Shown here in pieces: positions 38,841-63,418 of a stretch of DNA of 64,000 nucleotides. Position 1 is the first letter of the stretch, and each line of letters opens with the position of its first letter. The notes beneath the pieces were generated by a model. That model was not told where the DNA came from. It was given only the letters and a program-made list of their open reading frames with translations, and did no database searches. The translations under genes were made by a program, and so were the position numbers. Location: NCBI GenBank assembly GCA_000934665.2, contig JYFJ02001157.1, positions 1 through 64,000 of the forward strand, in the 5' to 3' direction. This DNA is from Catajapyx aquilonaris (taxonomy: Eukaryota).

Positions 38841-39487
38841 CCGGATCCCCATTAAAATGGTTCGATTGGCATCAAATTTTGGAAAGGGGATCAATAGCTT
38901 TGTGCCTCTGTTGCGAGATCCATGTGGTGTACATGGCACACCCAAATTTCAAATCCGGGTGGGCAGCACTCAGGCCGATGAACCACTCTTGAGCTATGTA
39001 CCCTTCAGGCCGATGGAAAACGAAATAAAGGGCAAGGTCGAGCAAACCATTCTTTTTGTTCAGTCCCGACCAAAAAACCTGCGAAACAACCCGCCTTGAC
39101 ATGCAACCCGCACTCATTTTTGCAGCTCTCCCCTACCCCTGAGGGCCCCAGAAGATTCAGCACGCCAATTTTCCACCCTTCGTTTTTCGTCCTATACCAG
39201 CATCCACCTTAAACAGGACAAAAGAAACCGAAAATTTCGCTTCTGGGGGGATCAATTGTGTCCGGAAGGATAGATTTTTGCTAGGAAGAACCTTGAAGGA
39301 ATTAGCATAGCTATGTAGCGGTTAACGCACGCGAAACATGCCAAAAAACGCAAGTCTTTTTGTATTGAGGAATAATACAGGAATTTGGATTAACGGTGTC
39401 TCAAAAATTTGTGTGTACAGAGTACAGTACAGGCAATGTGGCACCGACACAGAATAATCATTTTTATATTGTATCTTTACATACCGG

Positions 39488-39650
39488 TATACATACATAC
39501 ATATAGTGCATATATACATATACATATAGTGCATATATACACATGCATATAGTGCATATATACACATACATATAGTGCATATATACACATACATATAGTG
39601 CATATATACACATATAGTGCATATATACACATACATACATACATACACAA
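39488..39650. repeat. Minisatellite, ~6 copies of a 23-bp unit (ATATAGTGCATATATACACATAC)
   Basis: TAGTGCA recurs at 39504, 39527, 39550, 39573, 39596 and 39615. Confidence 0.95.
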
Positions 39651-41742
39651 TATAATTATATACACACATACAGTGTATCGTATACTGTATATAATTATAT
39701 ACACACAGAAATAATTACATTTCAAATTTCATATAATAATAATTAATATTTTAGTACCGGTACATTATTTTGTCCCTTTCATTAACATTGATGTCGCGTA
39801 TTGTCTGGCCGATCGGTTGGAAAACCCATTTATCTAAAATGTATCCGGTCCTGTCCTGTTCCTTCCAAATTTACAACGATCCAATCATGATGGATTACAA
39901 CCGTGGTATCTTCCAAGCAGGGTTTGCCACTTTAAATCCTGACGTCGGTTAGAATCGGTCCTATCTTAAAGAGGTACTGACAGTGACGTGTGTTGCACAC
40001 TGCGAGAAACACGGTTGTTTCATTATGCTAATTGCACGGTCAAGAGTGTGAGCAGCAAAAATTCCAACTTGGACCACACACAAAAAAAAAGAAGGGAAAA
40101 ACCAAGAGGGCAACGACACCTGTTATGCTGAAACCACTTTTTTTTTGTCTGTGTACCTCTCTACATCCTCTGTTGGTTTATTTATGGCTAAGAGCTATTA
40201 ACCAGTCGAAATTCCACGTGAAAGAACCGTAGGGTGGCCCCAACAAGGATGGCACAAAAAAAGAGAAGAGTTTCGCAACTACAATTTGCGCGTGAGGATA
40301 GCTCTCTTTTTTTAATACCACATGACCCTTCAGGGCTAGTCAACTATGTGCAAAAACTAAACCATTGTCACGTTTGCTTAAATATGAAATTATGTTCTGC
40401 AGAAACAAGTCTGGCCTTTTTTTTTTTGCTGGGCGCTGTAAGTGTGAGAATTATTTTGAAACCCCGGCCAAGGCAGTGATTTTGGTGGCCGCCCTTTCTC
40501 AACATTAGGCGTATTGTAAGGTGTTGCGGATCAGATGGACGGTAGCTGGGGTGTCGGTGCGAAATAATTTGTAGGCACATCGGTGCGACAAAGGAACCCT
40601 CATCACTGGAAGCACTATTAAGGCTCATTTTCCCATGGGGTGGGCATATCAAAATTAAGGCTGCATCCGGTTTGGACCCAGAGGAAATTACCCAGCTCCA
40701 AACAAAGGTCCAAAATGTCTCGTATTTTCTGCACATACTAGGAGAAACTTAGCGATAAATAAGAATGAAAAATTTCACCCCACCTGGGGTGTGGGTGAGC
40801 CGAGCTGTTCCTTAAAAAGGGTCATGTCATTAATCGCTTGTGACGCCATCAAACCAGATGCTGAACATTTCAGCCCGGCGTTTTCCTGGAAGTGGCCAAA
40901 AAAAACCTTGGTAACATTATGAAACAACTTGATAATGTGCGACACATCCCTCGTGTTTAAAAAAAAAGGGTTGCGTAAGACTTTTTTGTATGTGCCAGCG
41001 TATGTAATTACATGTCAGAGTTTTTGTCAGCACAAAAAAGGCACCAAAAAACATGGGTCGACGGCCGTTGTGATGGACGGGATTCCACCTGAAATAAATC
41101 TCCTGCGAGGCAAAAAAATAAAAATGCAGTTGTCAAGTAGCAAAAACCTTTGGTGATATTTTAGACTTTCTTTCATTCCTTATTAATTTTTATCCGTCAC
41201 TGCAGCTACAACCGTACCTGAAGAAACCCAAAATAGCTCAACACACACAAGTCTTCATGAAACTCTGCATCTCTATGTACAATCCTGAAAACAAGTACGT
41301 ACAGAGTACTCTTTTTTTTTTTGGAAGTACAGTCTTATTCGACTTAGGCACTACCCTGAGAGGGTCGGGTACATCATTATGACAAGACATTTAAAAAAAA
41401 ACAAAATGTCCTCTTGGCAAAAATTGACAACACAAGAATTGGGTCTGGTGGTTTATCCCAGCAGTTTCTCAGCATTACACGACGAGTATGAACACAAAAA
41501 TAAATATGCAGCTGTCCCACTGACCTAAACGTACAAAAAATTGCGGTGGGTATGGGAGTGGAGGGAGGGTGGGGAGGGAGGACAACAAATAAAAAAACTT
41601 GGCTAAGGCATTAGTGATGGACACCAAAAAATTTGGCTGCCCAACTTTTGAGTTCATGGAATGAGAATATCTCCAAAATAATATTATATATGTAGTTAAT
41701 GTCTCAAGTACTGAACAACAAACAAAACTTACTCCCCAATCA

Positions 41743-53913
<12,171 letters not shown>

Positions 53914-54212
53914 GCTGGCGGGCCCGCAATTAATTCCGGAGTGAGTGAGTCCGCTCGGCCATTTTGGGCTCCATTGGTGGGGAGGGGGATGGGGGGGAAG
54001 GGTGGACAGCGGTGATGCGGTTGTGTTCATCCGCGATGTAGTGCCGGATGCTGTGTACAGACAGCCTCGGGGCCGCCCCGGAGCTGGTAGCACACTACAC
54101 GGAAGCACACACCATACACTACAGAACCACACTGTACAGCATACACCGCTCCGTACCTTAACCGCAACATGTACATACAAGCGGAGTGATACACTCCCGC
54201 GTTTTTCGCCCC

Positions 54213-54222
54213 GTGACGTCAC
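54213..54222. promoter_or_regulatory. CRE/ATF-like palindrome in the CpG-rich BRWD3 promoter region
   Basis: GTGACGTCAC about 300 bp upstream of the BRWD3 ATG in GC-rich DNA. Confidence 0.4.
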
Positions 54223-56009
54223 ATGACCCGGTCGGATCTTCCCTGCTGTTGGTAGGGAGTGGTCACGGGGCAGGTGGGAAACGCGGCAAACATGGACGCC
54301 TGTTACCGTTATGTCAGCTGGTTTTGAAGGGAATTTTGCGATGTTTGGGCGCCAAGGACAATAAAGGCTTGCGGGCGTTTCGTTGGTTGATTGGCGGTGT
54401 TGCTGACGAACAGGTCCAAGAGGTCGATGGTCGGCACCCGATGGTCCGAAATGTGATGAAAGTTGTACTTGGAAATGTTCCATCCCAATTCAGGAGAATT
54501 TTGTGTGACATCATGTAATAAAGATTTACACTGGAATGGTCTGAATCACCACCCTGTTGTTGCTTTCAAGGGCCCTCAGTGCCGCCCTCAGAGCACCAGT
54601 GTGAAGTGTCCGTGGCCACACATGATTTGAGCGTATTGCACTCGCATCGTTCATGTCTTATATATTACAGACTCAGGGGACGTAAAATAAGCCCATCGGC
54701 AAATATGCTAAGGGGTAAATCACTCGGCAGTTCAGCGTACAACGGACTTGTAAAATACCGGACTTGGCGCCTTATACCGTACAATGTACTTGACAAGGGA
54801 TTTAAGGCCGGTATCCACGTACGAGGTTTCTCGCATACGAGTAGCCAACTGCGCATGCCCGGATACGAGGAAAGAGGAAAAGTTGAAAATTTTCAACTTG
54901 ATTCCCCTTTTCGAGGGACAAGAGGGGCCCTGAGGTGACAAAGAGTCCGTCTCGACGTACAAGATTTCTCGCATAAGAGGACTCACATACAAGGAACTCG
55001 CAGGTCGATACCGGCCTTTACCCCTTGACAGAAAACGAGAGAACGATCTGACGTCATCGTTTCTTCCATTGTTGCTTTTTGTTGACACTGTTTACTCATA
55101 TTGTCCTGCGAGTGTATTTCCATGGAAACCTTGATGGCGTCAGATCATTCTCTCATTTTCCGTACATTAGCAGGAAGTGGAGAAACATTAGGTATCATCT
55201 GAAATAGGGTTATCGCTTGGGATTGTTGATCTTCACAGCCTGCACAACAATGAATAATGTTACTTTGAATTGTTGGAACCTGGTTACATGCTGCAGGCAC
55301 AAGATGTAACTTGACCGAGATCAGGAAAGAACTGCCTGGTACTATTCATAAGTGTACCGAGTGTGGCATAGCAAGAGTAATAAATTATTGAGAGAAGTGT
55401 CACACACATGAATATTATTTAGGAAAGACAATAATGATCACAAACAATAGCACTCAGACTGATATCTGACATTGAACAAGTGAGAGGGGAATGAAAAGCA
55501 TGCCTTTGTAATACCTCACGCTCAAAAGTGTGTTGCACTCTTGGTTTTAGGTATTCCACTAGTCGAGAGCCAATAACATGCAACTCTGACCATTGGTGCC
55601 ATGCATCCATTTCTCCCAAAAGTTACAAAATAAAATTTCCATCTACAACAGAATAAATATGAGCACTACATTCCAGGACAAGCTACTGTTTATCTTGTAG
55701 GGCAGAAATCTTTCTTAGAAAAGCATAGTATGTGTTAGACCTCTGTTAATATTTGTGAGCTTAGAATCAGAATGATGGCAATTCATGTTTGCAATTTTTA
55801 AAACATGCATTGTGATGTCAAAAGGGCAGAGCAGGTGAATAAGCTACATGGGTGCAACCCAGGTAGCAGTCTTGTCAGGAAGAGAGGATTCCCCTTGCAT
55901 TTTTTGCAGGACACTGAGGATCCGGTCAGCAAGGTAAAACCTACGTATTGCAGAATTTAAAGCAGGTTTAGCAGTTCAAGTATTTTGGTGAACTGAGGGT
56001 GGGGTAAAA

Positions 56010-56316
56010 AATGGGCTGGAGCAGCATGTGGCCACCTAAAGCCACATAGGAACTATCCTGCTCTTCAAAATGAACAGCGGTGCCTCTTACTTCGAACGGT
56101 CCAGAGTTCGAACACTAATTTCAAGAGAAATTTGATCCGGAGTTCGAACGATGCTTCTAAGTTCAAACTCCGGATCAAATTTCTCTTGAAATTAGCATTC
56201 GAACTCTGGACCATTCTAAGTTTGGGGAGTTCGAAGAACGAGGCACCACTGTACATTTTGAAGAGGAGGATAGTTCCTATGTGGCTATAGGTGGCCACAC
56301 GCTGCTCCAGGCCATT
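56010..56316. repeat. ~305-bp imperfect palindrome
   Basis: Arms mirror each other throughout (e.g. GTGGCCACCTAAAGCCACATAGGAACTATCC vs GGATAGTTCCTATGTGGCTATAGGTGGCCAC; CTAATTTCAAGAGAAATTTGATCCGGAGTT vs AACTCCGGATCAAATTTCTCTTGAAATTAG). Confidence 0.92.
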
Positions 56317-56570
56317 ACACAGTATTGCACAGTATTTGCATATTTTATTTATTGCTTTCATGTTTTAATTTATGTCTATGTCTAGGGAATTTTATCGTGT
56401 CATGTTTACCTTAAATTATGTGTGTTTTCTGTTTAATTTTATCGAAATGGGTATTGTTTAGGGTCTGGGAACTGATTAATTCACTTTCCATCACATCTTT
56501 GGACATCGAACAATTCAGAGTTCCAACAACCTCCTGGAACGAATTAAGTTCAAAGAACGAGGCACCACTG
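56075..56570. mobile_element. Tc1/pogo-type MITE with internal inverted duplication
   Basis: Left end CAGCGGTGCCTC; right-end copies GAACGAGGCACCACTG|TA at 56251 and 56570. CAGT-type termini with a TA target fit Tc1/mariner/pogo. Confidence 0.6.
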
Positions 56571-56911
56571 TAGTTTCAAAAAGTAGGTAGTGGATTTCAC
56601 AAGTGACTGATTGGAGTCACCTTTCCCGAAGGAATAGAGTTAAAAAAATAAAAAAATAAAAAACAATTTATAGCAATGTTGTTAAGCTACATTTTAATAT
56701 CACTTTGTAAAGTGACAACACTTCAACTTGCGACTTCAATTTCTTTAGTTCCTTCAGAGATCTACACACAGGTCGTTTTAGCACTAGTTTTAGTGTTTAA
56801 GGATCTGACAGTTGGAGCCGGCCACTGCATCCTGCACCTACTGATTGATCCTTAAGAATAACACTAATACTAAAACCGCAGTGAAGCACCCACAAAACAC
56901 CTTTTCCCAAC

Positions 56912-57511
56912 TCAGACTTTGTTGACTAGTCTGAACCTACAGTGCTGCTTGTCAGGAATAATGTTGAAGAACTTCTTGTAAATGGTCTGGTCTTCCCTTC
57001 CCGTGTAGAACAGCTTCACCCAGGGACTATCCCAATTCGGCTCCAACTTCTCACAAGTCACCATCACTCGTCCACGCTCAAGCGCAAACAGCGTCATGTT
57101 CCTAGCCATTCCAACCTGCAAAAATGATGTACCACATTATCATCTACAACGAACGCTGTGAAATATTCAACGACAGGGTGTATCATAAGTTCAGAATAGA
57201 ATTAAGTTCAGAAGTCCATCTCACTTGTAGTCCCGGATGAAACCTCACGTTGTTGTTCTGGAGCACCAGTGGAAACCCCTTCTCCACTGTTCCTCCATCC
57301 TGCATCTTCCATCCCCTATGCTTCCCCTTAGGTTGTCCCCCTTGGTTCCTGGCCAACCCAGCCGCCTTCTTGGACGCCCATCTCACCCAACTGGTACCCA
57401 ACAACCCTGCAATTAAAAAAGGCCACACACTCACCTACTACACCCACAGGCATCCCCGAGTCTCTCACCACAACAGGGTCCACCAGAAACACGTCTGAAA
57501 AGACCAGCCAT
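56912..57511 (-). CDS. mRpL27: Mitochondrial ribosomal protein L27 (bL27m), 3 exons
   Basis: Exons 57469-57511, 57225-57406, 56912-57115. VRWASKKAAGLARNQGGQPKGKHRGWKMQDG...RFHPGLQVGMARNMTLFALERGRVMVTCEK is the bL27m signature. Confidence 0.93.
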
Positions 57512-57598
57512 GTTCTTCAACCGGGCCGTGTCCGAATAGCATGGGGCTATATCCGAATATGCTGATTACTAATTAGGTTAATTATTATTAGGAAAAAG

Positions 57599-58604
57599 AT
57601 GGCGGCCGATGGGGACGAGCGGCTGATCGAAGAGGTGAAGAGCAGGCCGGTACTGTACGATGTCAAGAGGAAGGACTACAGGGATGTGGATACCAAGAAC
57701 GCAGCTTGGATACATGTGGCACGGGCGGTGGACAAGGACGGTACGGTAGGGTACACATGTCATTAGCAGGTACAGAGGGGATAATAATATTGTTACATGG
57801 CAGTTGAAGAATGTAAGCATCGTTGGAAGTGTCTTCGAGAGCGGTATGTGAGGGAGAAGAAGGCATCGGAGAGTAGGGAGAATCAGTCTGGGATGCCGAG
57901 TGAGCGGCCATGGCCACTTATGAATGCCATGAGTTTTCTCAAGTCTGTGGTTGTGCATCGCAGGTTGGTACGGGTTGAAGGTCATATCGGAGTGGTGTTT
58001 AATTGTAATTTTCATCACCAGCTTGCGAATGTCCAAGATGCCGGTGATATCAAGCATTGGTGGCTTGATCCCGGTGGAAATAACTCACTCGTCGTTGGAT
58101 CCCCTGGCGATTGGAGAGGTCTTACATGGTGGGATGAGCACAAGCAGCGGCCATGGCGAGGGCAGTGGCTATTCGGCAACGATGGACTCGCCTTTGGAGG
58201 ACGAGCCCTGCCTTCCTCTTATAAACTCAGTGGGTACCTCCGATTCGCCATGCCCATCCTCATCTGAAACATCGGAGACAGGCGAAAACGGGCTTCGCAG
58301 CGGAAATCCACAACCCTTGGTCTCCACCCAACTCGCATCACATTTCATGAACGCAAACAATCGCTTTTACCAGCCGACTCCTTGGAAAAGGCACAAACCT
58401 GTGACAGACCAGGTGGACCATGTGCAGGAGGACTTATTGGATGCCATAAGGATGAACAGGGAGAGCATCATTGATCGCCGCTTCGAGAGGCATGACGAAG
58501 ATGACTTATTTTGCCTCAGCATTGCTGCCAGCCTCAGGAGACTTCCACCACAGAAGAAGACCAGAGCCAAAATCAAAATTTTGGAGATCTTTCAGGATAT
58601 GTGA
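57599..58604 (+). CDS. MADF-BESS domain transcription factor, 3 exons
   Basis: Exons 57599-57740, 57804-57963, 58022-58604. MADF: LIEEVKSRPVLYD...YRD...KNAAWIHVA...ECKHRWKCLRERYVRE...W...MSFL. BESS: DEDDLFCLSIAASLRRLPPQKKTRAKIKILEIF. Confidence 0.92.
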
Positions 58605-60042
58605 AAAAAGAGAATCTCTAGTGCAATTGTGCAAGTGTTTCGTGTGTTGTGTGCGTGTTTAAACTTCGCAGTGCATTTCCCTCCACGTTGAAGATGGGAT
58701 CATGAATTGTGTGAATGCTTTTTAATTGTGCGGTGTAACTTTGAGGTGTAACACCTGGCAATTTTCCTCTATGCACCACATGTACATTATTTGACATTAT
58801 TCTCATTGCCATTACATTGAGATCTGTCTGTTATTGACCTTGATTGTAGAGGAAACTTGTCCATTACAATATTTTTCTGGGTCTCGTCAGGAGATTTTTA
58901 GTGCATTTCTGTCACACATAAACCTGTTTAGAACAAGACAATTTTTAGAACAAATAGATTCCATCACAAACAGAATTTAGAATATGCTATTTTTTTTGTT
59001 TCTATTGCCTTTTTTCCTGACAGTATCATAAATACTCGAGTACAAGCAAGCATTTTAAAATAGGTGAATTAGATGCGGATGTTTCAACGCAAATAGTACC
59101 AACATAGTACTTCAGACAAGCCACACATGGATTAATACAAAATTCTTGACAGCTTTTGGCATCATGTATGTCACGTCACCATATTCTGTCAATTCAAATT
59201 CTGTTTTACTTTTGAAATTGTGACCATAAATGCTTAGTAGTAGTGCTTCAGTATTGTGGCTTTAAGCATGTTTCTGATCCAACCTCCGTATTAAAATTTT
59301 AAAGTGCAGTATTTATTGCTATATCTTATGGTATATACTGTGATTATTTGCTCGACTTTCCTAGTGTGTGACTGTCTTATAAATAATTATGTTATATTGC
59401 TTATGAGAGAAGTTTTAACTGGGCAGCTCGTGAAAATCTGTACTACAGTACTGGTAGGTCTTGTTTCCTATGTGATATCTGATGCAACTATGATATGTTA
59501 GTGAATTGCATACTCATAGAAGAAATGTAATTGTGGAGGGAGAGTATCTCACATAAATTATTTAAAAATCTGTTTGTCTCGATGGTCTTACGTTTATGTA
59601 GACCACAAAGCCAAAAGTATGGTAATAATTTTGTGATGTCCTGTAATTGAAGCATTTGAGATGTAGCCGTTTTTCAATTGCGGTAGGCCATCTTCATCCA
59701 CTTTTAGTTTGTTTAGTCAAAGAAATTGTAAAACACTTCCATGTTTTAGACTGAGTGTTAGTTAATGAGACTGGCATTTATGAATCTGGATGTTTATGAT
59801 ACTTTTGTGCAAGTAGCTCTTGAACATGAATGAAGCAAGACAGTGCATTTTGTGTGATATAATTTATTTGTGAATTTCTGATCAGCTTACAGTCCATGAG
59901 ATATGCCCTGTTAAGTGTGAACCATGCACCTTAATTAACTCAATCCATGTCAAGAAAGTTGTTGTATTTCAGATCTACTGCTTGTATTGGATAATGTGCG
60001 TGACATAAATATATTTTTATATCGAAGAAAAAGTGCTATGAG

Positions 60043-62224
60043 TTATTTTTGAGAATGATATGTCACATTGGGTAACATGGTCTTATTAATTTGAGGACAA
60101 AAACAAAACTTCTTTGCAGGCTTGTTTGTCACACAATAACTCTGATTGCCATAAGCGTTGATCCTCGACACTTCTCCAGATAACTCATACTTGTTGGTAT
60201 CCTCCGTATGAATGCACTGTGCTTGGAAAAGTGCGTCACTTGGAGACACACTAAAAGTTATTAGATACATAGTTACTTCTGAAGTGACCTTTGCGCTATA
60301 TGCATATGCGGACTCAATTGTCTTGAGGGTTAGACGGGCACAGCCTGTAAACTCCGACAGAAATGCATTAATTTGTGACAGGCTGTACTCAGCTGCCTTT
60401 TTTACTTCTTCCTTGTGGATGCCAATTTCTTCAAATGATCTGCATCTGCAGTGTGTGTCTATGATCCCAGCTTCTTCGCAGGTCCGGTTATCTAGAATGT
60501 GTGTAAACAAATTGATTCCAAATGGCGAGCGTGTTGGAGCAGTTGTAGCAGTTTTAAGCTCATCATTCATAATCACATGAAAGGTTTCGAACAGATCAAA
60601 AGGTGTCGTGAGCCTTTTGGAGTTTCGTTCCAGGTTTTTCATCACATTTGGATGGGCAGTGTACAACCAAGGAGGGAACCACACATATGCAAATGGCAGA
60701 CTTTCTTCCAGCCACCCTTGCATCGTTTGGCGTATTTCTCCAATGCGCATGCCATGGTCACTCAAGAAGACCACAACTGTGTTATTGATGGAACCACTCT
60801 GGAACAACTCTTGGAAGAATCTGAAGTAAGGTTCTCCGGCCACCCAAGTGGCACTAGGACTCTCATGTGAGAGTGTGTTTGTCCAGAACAGACCGAAGTA
60901 TGGGTTGTCTCTAAACGTAGATGCGAAGTCTATGGTGTACTTATTGACAACATCTACTGCCAATCTGTCACCATGGCAAGGGTAGGCATTATAAAATTCT
61001 GTCAAAGGCAACTCTCTCTCTGTAGCCAACAGCATTGTCCTCATGTAGAAATCCACAGGTTGTCGCACAAAACCTGCCTTTACATAGTGAAAGGTTGACA
61101 ACCAACCAAATTCTTCGGCATAAGCAGTCACATATCCTTTTCTGCTGAAGTTTTGCCAAATGAATGAACATTCGTCATACACGATGGCATCATCTGGCAT
61201 GCACGATTTTCTAAATTGGACATCCGTTTGTCCTGTAATAAATTAGAATTAATTAATTAATTACTCCACTATTTATTCATGGCGTACCTGACAAAAATGC
61301 ATAAAAGTTGGGCAATGTTCCGTCTCCAACACTGTTGTATCCTTTCAACTCGATGGCTCCTTGTCCCAACAAGATGTCGATGGCTTCAGGCATTGTCCTC
61401 TTCGCATGGGCACTGGACACTGAATCAATACCTACTAGAAGGACACTCAAGGGACGTCTCTTCCCCTTGTAGTCATCCAGAAGGCGATTCATCTTTTCAG
61501 AAATTGGCGGAGATATTTGAGGATACCCATAGTGGTTCCTGTACACCTCATTATTGTGACCAACATGACAAACGACACGAATGTAGTTGTGCACTACTTC
61601 TGTGCTGTTAAATGGAATGCAGCTGCCATTCGTCCTGGAAATGAGGTACACATAAACAAAAAGCCAATTATTGTCACTTTTGACTTACATGTACTGAGTG
61701 TCTGCATCACGATTGAAGTGAGCAATATCCTGAGACACACGGACAATTTCCTCATAGCAACAAGTCAGCTGCTCAGGGTTATCAGCTTTGATGTGGTGTC
61801 CAAGAGCTTCATGGTTGACTCGAATGACTTTTCCTTCCATTGTGACCAATGGAGGTTTCTTTGTACAGTTCAGAGTAGCACGAGGTACAAGTTTCATTAT
61901 GTCAGGTTTAAATGGATCCAGCTTGAGTATTTTGCAACCTGGGGTGTCGATGGCGTAATGTTCGTTGGATTCTGATGAAATGTCCTCAGGATCTGAATGG
62001 GCACTGTGTTCTTCATCTGTAACTGGAGAGTGTTATTGGGATATTAGATTAGGACTTCATATTTTAAGATGCACCATGCACTCACTGTTGTCAAACCGCC
62101 GAGATTGATAAGGCACGAAAGCTTTGTAATCGTAGAAATTGTGGGTAAAAATAACCGACAATGAGAGTCCGATAACAAAAGCAGCAAACATCCATTTTAT
62201 GAGACGTGGCCTTCCACTGGCCAT
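60043..62224 (-). CDS. DUF229 family protein (alkaline phosphatase/sulfatase-like superfamily), type II membrane, ~669 aa, 4 exons
   Basis: Exons 62086-62224, 61689-62022, 61288-61634, 60043-61232 in consistent phase. N-terminal TM segment; motifs DTPGCKI, SVLLVGIDSVS, GYNSVGDGTLPN, GYVTAYAEE, FLSDHGMR, LTTPFDLFET, RTCEEAGI. Confidence 0.9.
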
Positions 62225-62531
62225 ATTGATATGAAGTTCTTTCAGTACTGGTAGGTTGTGTAAATGTATAGTTAACTTCTATCACTGGCAGGGTATATGG
62301 CTATGATCTGTCGCAAAAATAATGTGCTTGCACTTTCAATGTAACGCGACAATCGGAAGACCAACCTATAGAAAAATAGAAGGGGTCAGTCGACAGTCTC
62401 TTTACCATTATTACAAATCCGTAGTTATACTACCTGATTACACTGAGCACCCTTGGTTTTTCGGTATGTCCAAACCACCACTACACTTCATAATATGTTT
62501 TAAAGATTGTTTGATCCTCTCATAAAGAAAC

Positions 62532-62615
62532 ACACCTTTACACCTTTACACCTTTACACCTTTACACCTTTACACCTTTACACCTTTACACCTTTACACC
62601 TTTACACCTTTACAC
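62532..62615. repeat. (ACACCTTT)n octamer microsatellite, ~10 copies
   Basis: Perfect tandem ACACCTTT repeats. Confidence 0.97.
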
Positions 62616-62835
62616 AGCAGGCTCTTTAGCGATTCCTTTATAGCAAGTGATGCAAAATATGCTGTAGAATGGTACTGGTAAAGAATACAGTCACATCTGC
62701 TACTGAATAGTGATCTGCTGATTGGCCAGGATCTATCAATAGGTTTGCAGGAACAATATGCTAAGACTATAAAAGAATGTATATCTTAGGCGACTTATGT
62801 ATATTTCAGGTGTTAGGACAGTCGCATGTCGTGCG

Positions 62836-63309
62836 TCACTTATTAGGTGTTACGTTGATGGTGCCGATGTTATCAGGGAAATCATCGAAGGGGTTGGGCG
62901 CCTGTAACACATCCACTATTTCTTCCTTAGCTCTGATCACTGTCATTGCCTTGCTGAAGGCCTCCTCCAAGGCTTCCTCGATGCACTTCGTCTGATCCTC
63001 AAGAAGGCGCTCATATGCCTTCTTATCCCTGATGACCTGCAACTAATAATGATGGGCAATATAAATTTAAAATGCTGCGGTGAAGACATGGTTACGTACC
63101 CTTGCCTTCTCAGCTCTGGCCTTTTCTTGGGCCTCCAGAAAGAGAACAGCCTCTTCCGCTCGTCGCTTCTGACTTCGCTCCAACTCCCCATATCGAAACA
63201 GCGACTGGGCCACGAAATGGATGGGGTCACGAGGTCGTTTCATGACCGCCTGTAACAGGGCCATCTTCAGAGACGGCCCCACCGTGGACTCCAGGTATGT
63301 GGAGTCCAT
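62836..63309 (-). CDS. DPY30-domain protein (DYDC1/2-like), 2 coding exons
   Basis: Exons 63100-63309 and 62836-63036. MDSTYLESTVGPSLKMALLQAVMKRPRDPIHFVAQSLFRY is a Dpy-30 dimerisation motif, followed by a coiled-coil-like stretch. Confidence 0.8.
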
Positions 63310-63418
63310 CGACACCCCCAACCCCCTAAAGACACGTCCTGAAATATAATTGTGTTGACACAATATGGTTGCTTGCCAACAGTCTCAGTGGTAGCGACAA
63401 TGGTTTATGTGTTGACAT

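Noticed and set aside
34870..39725. ORFs with SDFM or YICT repeats
   Set aside because: Translations of minisatellites.
57599..58604. Harbinger transposon carrying the MADF gene
   Set aside because: No adjacent DDE nuclease ORF or TIRs; the BESS domain and shared promoter suggest a host gene.
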